Shown here piece after piece: positions 39,687-49,920 of a DNA stretch of 64,000 bases (position 1 is the first letter of the stretch; each line of letters starts with the position of its first letter). Made by a program: the position numbers and the translations under genes. This DNA is from Eledone cirrhosa (Eukaryota): contig OZ024758.1 in NCBI GenBank assembly GCA_964016885.1, positions 26,412,001 to 26,476,000 of the forward strand, written 5' to 3'. The notes under the pieces were generated by a model. It was not told the origin of the DNA. It saw nothing but the letters and a program-made list of their open reading frames with translations, and did no database searches.

Positions 39687-40345
39687 ACATACACAGGGTG
39701 TCCCCAAAAATGTATACACACTTTGATTAACTGTACTGTACAGACAATATTTATTAAAATGCCGTTGAAGTGTTTATGTTAGTTGTCCTCACTTTGGACT
39801 GTAGTTTATTAAAAGGGGGTAGCAGATAAGTTAGTTATTTAGTTAGATGGATTAGTTGAGCTAGTTAAGTAAACGCATCGAAGATATTTGTGTGTGTGTG
39901 TGTGTGTGTATGTATATATATATATATAGGAACGAGTAGGACCCCGACGGCTGAGCACAAGCCGTTTCGACGGCTAATTCTGGGTCCAGAATTAGCCGTC
40001 GAAACGGCTTGAGCTCAGCCGTCGGGGTCCTACTCGTTCCTATTACCCACTCTACTACCCTAAGTATTGAGTACTTTGGTGCGTTATGGTCCACCTGGTT
40101 CCTTACCACATTTCTTCCGTTATATATATATATATATTAAAATAAGAGATTAAAGTTTAAGCAAAGAATCGCTGCTTTCACCCTCAACGGGATCTTCTGA
40201 AACGTTAAGGGTGAAAGAAGCGGTTCCTTGCTTAAACTTTAATCTGTTATTTTAATAAATATTTGCTTCAGGGTTCTTATATACTTGATATATATTTATC
40301 CTTATCGAGCCCTCTTTGGATTTTAGTCTTCAAATTTATTATTAT

Positions 40346-40380
<35 letters not shown>

Positions 40381-40424
40381 CGAAACATAAGTCAATTGCA
40401 TGAACTCATAATCCTTTATTTACT

Positions 40425-40478
40425 GGTATATATATTTCGATGATAGCCATTGAATGGCTATGACCTCATCAGGCATTA
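40425..40478 (-). ncRNA. Hammerhead-like core, stem I not evident (family E)
   Basis: Minus strand: CTGATGA GGTC ATAGCCATT C AATGGCTAT CATC GAAA TATA TA, followed shortly by AATAAA. Confidence 0.5.
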
Positions 40479-42110
40479 GTTAGTTCTTAGATATGCCAGC
40501 TCTGTGTGTATAGTGTTGATGGTATCAGACCCTCGTGACACTATTATAACCCCGGAACTTATATCTTCGTTGAGTGCTCCCTATCCGCATACTGAAGTAC
40601 TGGATTATATATATAATCTCAATCAAATTTCTTAACATTTATACAAAATTCATGCAATATATGGAGGCACATGGCATGGCTTAGTGGTTAGAGCATTGGC
40701 CTTGCAATCGAAAGGTTGTGAGTTCAATTCTCAGGTCAAGTGATGTGTTGTTTCCTTGAGCAAGACAGTTTATTTCACATTACTCCGGTTTACTCAGCTG
40801 TAGAAATGAGATGATAGGGACTGGGGTCCCTATCATTCCACTGTCAAGTGGTCGTGGAGGTGCCACGGCAAAAAAGCACCCAGCTTGTAAAGTACCCACA
40901 AAAAAGCACCCAGCACACTGTAAATGAGGTTGGTGTTAGGAAGGGCACCCAGCTGTAGAAATCAAGCCAGAATCAGTTCCCGTCCCACCCTTGCAAGCAG
41001 GGAAAAAGCGGACGTAAAATGAAATGATGATGATGATGATGATGATATTCAAAAATATTTTCTCCAAACATCGTTATTTATGTAATGAATTCGATAAATT
41101 CTAGCTCAAACTATATCTCTATATTTATTTTATTGTTTTTTTATTTATTTATATATAATAAACTCCCCACAACCACCCATATATATATTCCGTTCGTTCG
41201 TTGTCCTCTCTTTGTTAATTTTCATAAGTTTATATTAATTGTTTTTACAAGAAATTTTTTACCAATCGTCTTGACCATTACCATCTTTCCATATAAAGCT
41301 CGGCTATTTATTTTCCACGCTAAAAATTCTAATTTAGTCCAGAAATAGCCGTCGAAGCGGCTTGAGCTCTGCAGTCGGGGTCAAACATGTTTACATTTTT
41401 GGGAACACTATGTATTTATGTATGTATGTATGTACGTATGTAGGTACGTATGTATGTATGTCTGTGTACACACACACACATATATATATAGAAGTGGTTA
41501 CACAACAGTTAGTTCACCATAGACAAAATTGTGTATGACACGAGGATATAGAGAGCGCTCACAGGGTAGGAAGCCAAACTCGCACGTGGTGAAGAATCTG
41601 CTAAAGGCCAAACTTCTACGTAGTGAAAAGAATCTGTTGACCGTTGCTGGAGACGTATATAGTGGTAGAGTACCCAGTCCATGGGACGAGTTAGGTAGAA
41701 GTGGTTACACAAATATATATATATATATATATATAGACCTGTAACTCTTGAAGGAATCGTAAGGGCGCCATATTGGCATTTCTTTGGACATTTTAAATCT
41801 TGGTGGAACCTATCTCTTCTCCAAGTCTGAGCACAGCCTATTTCTTTCAGAAGGAAGGATAGAAAGTAAGATATATATATATGATTTTACATTCATTTAA
41901 CTTATTAATTTATTGATATTTTTTATCTGAGTGTCCCGAATCTTCTGCTATCGATTATTTATCGTGCGGTTGATTTTAGACTTGTTCTATGTGTGACGGT
42001 ATTTTAACGATAGTTATAGCTCTGATTTATCTGAATTATTGAGCCCTCTGCCGCTCATTTCGAATTTTGTTTATCGTTAACTCGTGCGCCGATTTTTCGA
42101 TACTCGATCA

Positions 42111-42169
<59 letters not shown>

Positions 42170-42201
42170 AGATCAAAAGATGGTTAAAGGAGTTCCATGT
42201 A

Positions 42202-42268
42202 TTTTATTATGCGCATTTCAAAAACAAACATCATCATGCAATAATATTTGTGTTTTCATCAGATAAAA
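42202..42268 (-). ncRNA. Type I hammerhead ribozyme motif with palindromic stem III (family H)
   Basis: Minus strand: TTTTAT CTGATGA AAACACAAATATTATT GCAT GATGATGTTTGTTTTT GAAA TGCGCA TA ATAAAA. 6-bp stem I, long stem II, self-complementary TGCGCA stem III. Predicted cut between 42208 and 42207. Confidence 0.85.
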
Positions 42269-42452
42269 CAGGAGAACATGATATGAAGGCTAAAAAACAC
42301 TTGTGGATAGTGCAGTTTTAAAAATACATGGAACTCCTTTAACCATCTTTTGATCTTATATTATGTATACTCCAGTCCTACAAACTGTAGAGTGCTTCTT
42401 ATCCGATATCTGCATTGCTTTATTGCACTACAATAAAACTCACCTCCTACAT

Positions 42453-42483
<31 letters not shown>

Positions 42484-43047
42484 GAAGAATCGAGTATTAC
42501 ACTGGTACTTTTTTTATCGACCGCCAAAGGATGAAAGGCAAAATTGACCTGGGCGAAATTTGAACTGAGCCGAATGAATACAGCAAAGCATTCTATCTGA
42601 CGTTCTAACTCTGCCAATTCGCCATAAAACAACAGAAAGTCGGACAGAAAAATTTACAAACATTTATAAATAGCCTAATTTCATACACACACACACACAC
42701 GTGCAACTCTTGAAGGAGTCGTAGGGGCGCCATATTGATATTCGGTATTTCTTTGGGCATTTTGAAACTTAACGGAGCCCATTTCTTCTACAGGTCTGAA
42801 CACAGCCTATTTCTTCCAGAAGGAAGGAAAGAAAATAAGAGAGACAGATATCGGAAGAATCGACCCCAGTACTAGACTGGTACTTTTTTTATCGACCGCG
42901 AAAAGACAGCAGAGAGCTGAAATGAATACCGCAAAGCATTCTAGCCAATTCGCCATATATTATGTGTACATATATATATATATTCATTTAAAACAACAGA
43001 AGGCCGGACAGGAAAATTTACAAACATTTATAAACAGCCTAGCATAA

Positions 43048-43113
<66 letters not shown>

Positions 43114-43149
43114 TACAGGGTGTTCCAAAAAATATAAACTCTGTTTCTA

Positions 43150-43192
<43 letters not shown>

Positions 43193-43742
43193 ATGGAGAG
43201 AGTTAGAGATAAACAGATGCAGTACTAAAAATGACGGGGGTATGACAAGCCTCAAGGGTGCTGGTGTTTCTCTCTAATAATTCTAGCAGCGAAGCCAACA
43301 TACTGACTCCATTGCTACAGGTTGTAGCGGGGCTAAAGCGCTGGAATAACTAACTAAGCACCCTAAATCTTGGATTCTTAAAAATGTACGAAATTTTGTG
43401 AAAGCGATAAATATCACAACGGAAGCAGATATTAAAAGGTAAGTGTTAGTTACATTAACATTTGTTCACAGATTTATAAAATGTAAAAATGACAAAAGTT
43501 GTTATAATTATAACTAAAAATAATACGAACATGTGTATATGTATTATATAATGTTTTTACATGTCACAAAATAAAATTCGTTTCTCTAATTAAGAAATCT
43601 AAGCTAAATGTTTGAATGTGTGTACATATCTGCTAATAGTAAACATGTGTGGTACTGTCATAAGATATGTGTAAATTATTGCCCTCATCCATCCGTTTAA
43701 ATGTCAAATATATGCATGCGGTGTGGATAAACTACGCGCGTA

Positions 43743-43856
43743 CTGGCGGCTCGCCTAATAGAGGTAACTGGCGAATCTAGCGAGGGCGCTTGGCTGTTTC
43801 AGCGCATCAGCCTCGCCATCACCCGAGGCAACGTTGCCAGTGTGCTGGCTTGCCTA
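43743..43856 (+). mobile_element. CRE-clade non-LTR retrotransposon C-terminal fragment
   Basis: Translates as LAARLIEVTGESSEGAWLFQRISLAITRGNVASVLACL, matching the QR(I/L)SxAxxRGNA end of the restriction-like endonuclease in CRE elements. Confidence 0.7.
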
Positions 43857-44451
43857 AAAAAAAAATCATTAGAGAGGTTGCCCAGTACTCCTCGCAACGT
43901 TGCTGTCTTTTGCTCTGGTGTTGGCTCCGTTGTTCATCCCTTCCATTACATTTTCTTTAATATTGTAACATTAAAAGAATATATCTTTGTGAAAGAATCG
44001 CGAGTAATTTATAATGTTGTCTAAGCATTTGTAATGTTATTTATGTATATATTTAAAACATGTTATGTTATTCTACTGTAAATTTATTTATATGCTCTGT
44101 TTATATTTTCATTCTGAAAGAATTGCAAACGATTTATTTGTTATTGAGTTGCTTGGAACATAACATTTTTAAAAAAGGATTCTTAAATAAAATTATGAAG
44201 AACCAAACATGGCCGAGGGTGCAATGTTTTGGCCTATCTATTCAGGGGATTATATTAGGTCAAGAGTTCAAATCCACTCTTGGCATTTGTTTCTCAGGAA
44301 AATATTTTATTTTATGTACATTGACACAGTTATCTATCTAGCCATTTAAGAAATATGTACGTACTTATATTTAAGTAACACCCGTACTAAGAGTGGGAAA
44401 TGAAATTTCGTTTCATTTTTTCCGTTTATATATATATATATATATATATAA

Positions 44452-44585
44452 ATAATCTCGTTGTCACAAGGTGTGTATATATGTGTATATATATATATAA
44501 TCTCGTTGTCACAAGAGAGATATATATATATATATAATCTCGTTGTCACAAGAGATATATATCTATATAATCTCGTTGTCACAAG

Positions 44586-44634
<49 letters not shown>

Positions 44635-44656
44635 TAATCTCGTTGTCACAAGAGGG
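44452..44656. repeat. Five copies of ATAATCTCGTTGTCACAAG separated by variable microsatellite spacers
   Basis: Copies at 44452, 44497, 44534, 44567 and 44634. Confidence 0.9.
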
Positions 44657-45894
44657 ACATACATACAAGGGTCAGCAAGAAAGTTCATAGGCTGACCAAG
44701 ATACTCTCATGGAATAACAAAATGAGGTTTATTTTTCAACATAGTCCCCGGAAAGAAATAATTGTTTCTACTTTAGGCACAAGGCCAGCAAATTACCCAG
44801 TGCATTACTGGTACTTTATGCACTGGAATAATTGCTGGCCTTGTGCCAAAAAGAAGAAACAATTACTAGGACTGTCGTATCTTTGACACAGCTGAAGACT
44901 TTGTCTATATCCAAAGTGTGAATTAAGGGAGATTTCGCTGCTATTTCTAGCAGGTTGAACAACGAGACACTTTAACAGGTAGCTAATTATAGATCTTTGA
45001 TTCTGTATCGTCTGCTCAAATACAATAGAATTAACAGAAGCAAAAATAAAGTAGATAAGATTTACTAACAATTGCTATAACATTTAGTTACAACTATTAT
45101 TTACATTTTTCAATCAGTCAGAATATTTTTTTTTAAAAATCGAATATATAAAAATCTTTTTCTTCTCAAAATATTTGTACACTTTGGAGACTGTCACCAG
45201 TTGGTTACCAAATACTTTTTTTTTTTTAAAAAACTTGTTCTGCTACAAGAACTTATGAATATAAGATGTAAATAAAACTTTCTTATCTCATGTTGCTTCT
45301 GTAACCTGTTTTTGCAATCATTTATGTTGTACCCTTTCATTGTAGTATACACGAAAATGTATTTTGCCTATTATAGCACTGGACATGTCTTAAACATTAT
45401 TGAATACATATGTATTGAGTAAATAACTATTTTAGACTAAATAAAACATGGTATAAAAATATTGTAACTTCAGAGAGTTTTGAGCTCATAAAAGAAACTG
45501 TAAAGGAATATTTTTAGAACGGCAATGTTGCAGGTCCTTGCTATTGCTGCCATTAGGGAAAACACTCAAATAAATTATATAGTGTACTCCGGTATTCGCG
45601 GAATTTTCCTTAGAACCTAACTAATAATTATTCATGACAACCACCGCTTATTCGCGGAATCGTAAATATTTTTCGCGATTTTTTTTTTTTTTTTTTTTGT
45701 AACATTTTTTTAATGCTAAATTATTAACAATATACCGTATTGGACGCCCCTTCGTATACGACGCTCCTCTTCTTTTTTTAAATTACATATTACGTTATAT
45801 TTGGACGTTTATAGGCATTTTTATGGACCGCGTCCAATATTCGCGGGTGTTCACTCTTCGCGAGTGCTCTAGGAACATAACTTTGACACAACTG

Positions 45895-46130
45895 AACGCT
45901 GTCGCTTCACTCTTCTTTCTCTATTACTATTACAGTGACCTCTGCTCCTCGAAGCTGGGTGGGCCACCCGATGCGTTTCTTTCTTTTTCTTTTTTGTCCT
46001 CTGTGTTATAAGTCATATCATCAACCCCCACACTAACTACTTTACTCCGTCTTTTCTTTCTAGAATATTAATCCTCTGGCGTTCCTTCCCTGTTCATGAT
46101 TCTCCTTCAGCCATCAACTTGCAGCTGTTC
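45895..46130 (+). mobile_element. CR1/Jockey-group LINE ORF2 C-terminal remnant
   Basis: VASLFFLYYYYSDLCSSKL ... TNYFTPSFLSRILILWRSLPVHDSPSAINLQLF resembles the VASL..FY.YY...CS.EL / SF..RT..LWN.LP end of such LINEs. Confidence 0.6.
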
Positions 46131-46687
46131 CCTCCCCACCAAAATAAAACATCTACTGTATCAACCTAAGTGCTCTAGGAAGATCTGCAATAGGCACAAC
46201 CCTTTTTACCAGACAAAACTCGTGTGTGTGAACATATGCGCACGCAGACACACATAATGATGATGTATAATTTTGAATTCTTTCCCCAAAGAAAGATATC
46301 TTAATGACAAAGATTTCACATTAAAAAAACCGTATAAAATAAAGTTATACATTCTAATCTCTTATAAATCTGCTGTGATCACAACTGCCAAGAGATCATT
46401 ATTTGTCAATCCTAGGATTAAAACAAGTATCCAAAGTATATTGGGAAGTTTCTCTAAATACCAAGATTACTCAACATATATGTTAGCCTGTTACTTCCAA
46501 GTATATATTCAGCTGCCAGCTGCAAACTTACTTAACTCTTAATATCCCACTGTACAGAACAAAACCACAGCAAGACATTCTTTAAAAGTAGAAAACAGCA
46601 TTAAGACTGCGTGTTAAAACTTTCATACCACAAATTTTCACAAAGATCTGTTTTTAGATATTGTTCTGCTAAATCATTACAGTAGGC

Positions 46688-46855
46688 AGTGGAGACTTCT
46701 GGTGTCCTTGGCCCTAGGGTTACCTCCCCACTCAACACCATAGGCGCTGAGCTGGCCAGCCGCAGGTGTGAACCCCGCGAGTTGGAGTGGCTTTTCCAGC
46801 GCGTCTCCCTTACCGTCCTCCGTGGGAACGCCTTCTCCATCCTGTCTGCTGGGGC
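46688..46855 (+). mobile_element. CRE-clade non-LTR retrotransposon C-terminal fragment
   Basis: VETSGVLGPRVTSPLNTIGAELASRRCEPRELEWLFQRVSLTVLRGNAFSILSA; a GC-rich island in AT-rich context. Confidence 0.75.
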
Positions 46856-49045
46856 TGTGTGGGGGGCCCCATCACGTAACATTCCATATTTAGGTATCCA
46901 GATTAATGGTTTTTAATAACCTATCATAAATGTTAAGAGTTAATATCATAAGTAAATAATTACAGATAGATTTGCAACAATAATCAATAAAAGTTGAGGC
47001 TATGTTTGAACAAATTCAGCCAATGACCTCTGCCCATCCTTAAAATCTCCACCTTCTCCAACCACCAGAAAACATTCAAATACCACTGCGTTACAATGCA
47101 AGTTAGCTTTCTTGATCTGATGATTTCCTTCAAATGAAACAGTTCTAGAACTGTAAAGGTAGAAAGCCATTTCTCTATTAAATTTGTTGCATATACTCTA
47201 GTAATGTATTGAGTACCTTACTGTGGTTACCCCCGGGACGGACGGACACACATACAGGGTGTCTGCCCAAAATATATACACTTTAACTGTGTGTGTGCGT
47301 GTGTAATCTAAAGAAACTGGAGGTGGTCTGAGTTGGAGAAAAAAAAAAAAAAATTTTTTTTAAATAATCCATAGGAGTTCGTAGAATGAAAAGAGTAGAT
47401 TTTATATTTCAGTAAGTTGATTTACCCTGATGTGGGGTAAGTCAACAAATAAGTCATTTTTGTCTTTATATATTTGATTCCACCCCCACCCCCCAACACA
47501 CACACAAGCCAAATCTACACGGTTACTTTTCATATTTAGGTCAGCAAACAACTTCATTTGGTTTGTTTCTGCCTTTAATCCAACATTTTTAAAGAAACTT
47601 TTATTTTGCTTTTGTATACATGAAGGAACATTTATTTTAGATATTCTTTTCACATCTAAAGTGCTTTCCTTTTCAGTAATGTTTCCTTGCTATTAGGTGA
47701 AATTAATGCCATTGAATATACAATATATTTACTATATTCAAATGCCAATTACATTCAATTCATTTACTTTGGAGTAAGTCACCAAGAATCTCTGCCAGAA
47801 AAAATTAACTATGATATATAAGATAACAGATAAAAATTACATCAGACAGGGCATGTCTTTCTTCTTAAAGATAAACAAGAAAAAAGTATAATATAAAATA
47901 TATTAAAAATTATCGAGAAAAAAAGAAAGAAAATATAGAAGTTAGTTAAATCAGACAAATAAGCTATAAGATTAAATATATAAAGTATTCAAAAATATAT
48001 AGAGGAAGACCACGAAAAACATGGGTGGTGAGAGCAGATCGCTGAAATTCACGGAGGAGATGACGAAGGACCATGAAAAGTGGAGAGATGCTGTGCTGAA
48101 TAGGACCTGTCCCCACTCTTGCAAGCAGGGAAAAGCAGACGTAAAATGATGAGATATATATATATATATATATATAATATTCTCACACATACATATATAC
48201 ACTAGAGTGCGCACACAACTGCTGTTGCATCTTTTCATGTCAAAAACATTAACTTGGCTTTCCAAATAGAGAATGAAAATAAGTACTAGAGTGAAATGAA
48301 CACTGGGGTTGAAAAAAATCGACAATTAACCCTTAAAGGCATTGCCCCAGCATGGCCACTGAGAGCAGTCAATGAATATATATATATAAACTCACTGTAA
48401 ATGAGGTTGGTGTTAGGAAGGGCATCCAGCTGTAGAAATCAAGCCTAATCAGTTCCTGTATGAGCAAGGCATGGTCAGCCGAACGGACGCGAAATCGAGT
48501 ATGACTTAGTAGAATGTACCATGTTTTCGCTAAGGGTTTTAAGGTTCCCAGACAGCCTTGAGCAGGCACAGAACCCTCAATCCTTCCTCCCATGATCCAG
48601 CAGAACATCCTAAATGTGGAAGGAAAGACAGCTCCACCAGAAATGGGCTGATGCTTTCTTCATCTCACCTGAATGAAAGGTAAAAGTGAAACTCAGCAGG
48701 ATTTGAGCTCAGAACACAGATCTTCAATAAATATCCAATGCTGTAATGACTGTTAAATTGACTGCTTTCATCATCATCATCATCATTTTACGTTCACTTT
48801 TCCCTGCTTGCAAGGGTGGGACAGGAACTGGTTCTGGCTTGATTTCTACAGCTGGATGCCCTTCCTAACACCAACCTCATTTACAGTGTGGGCTGGGTGT
48901 TTTTATGCCATGGCACCTCCACAACCATTTTGCAGTGGAGTGATATGGACCCCCAGTCCCTACCATCTTATTTCTACAGCTGAGTAAACTGGAGCAATGT
49001 GAAATAAAGTGTCTTGCCCAAGGAAAAAACAATGCTTTATATATA

Positions 49046-49567
49046 CTAGCAGAAAAACTGCCCTCAGGCGGTTTTCTGCTAGTATATGTAGTGTGCATAT
49101 TGGTATTATACGCAAATATGTATGCATATAGATATATGTAAATTGACAATATCTTCTTCTTCGCCCACTTATTTCTGAGACGGTTGTGGAGCCAGAGTCC
49201 TTCTCAAACACTCCTTCCAGCAAGTCTGTCAGAAGCAAACATCTCTAACTGATCCAACTGGATCCCCAGAAAGTCAATCTCTCTATCTCTTTCTATATAT
49301 ATATATGGTAGTTGAAGTGGTGGTGGCGACGATATACCATACCGGAAGTGCAACTTTGAAAAGAACTCAATTTGAAATTATTTATTTTTACGAAATTATT
49401 TTTGTTTACGAAATTGAGTAGATAAATTATGTAATATTCATTCATTATTTATTAAAAGTAATCCAACTTATTTTACAAACGGGATTTAAAAAAAAAAATT
49501 AAAAAAATAAAAAAAAAATAAAAAAACCGTAAGCAGTCCCGCAGACCCTCCTTTACTATAGTTTAGA
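49046..49567 (-). mobile_element. Non-autonomous Helitron-like element
   Basis: A|TCTAAACTATAGTAAAG 5' end at 49567; hairpin and CTAG|T at 49046; internal homology to 24240-24927. Confidence 0.8.
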
Positions 49568-49860
49568 TGAAACTTTGTTTTATACGCTTTTTTTTGCTGT
49601 CTAATCTTTATCATTGAGATGTCTTTCTTTGGGGAGGGAATTCAACATTATACACCATCAATATATATATATAAGGCGGTGGATTGGCAGTATTGGTAGA
49701 GGGTCGGACACCATGCTTTGTAGCATAGAGTTACCTCCCTTTATGATCTGAGTTCAAATCCCGCCGAGGTTAACTTTACCTTTCATCCTTACGGGGTCGA
49801 TAAAATAAAGTACCAGTAATGCACTGGGTAATTTATGGCCTTGTGCCAAAAGTAGAAACA

Positions 49861-49920
<60 letters not shown>

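Noticed and set aside
44452-44656. CRISPR-like repeat-spacer pattern
   Set aside because: Spacers are simple (TA)/(TG) microsatellite, not unique sequence.
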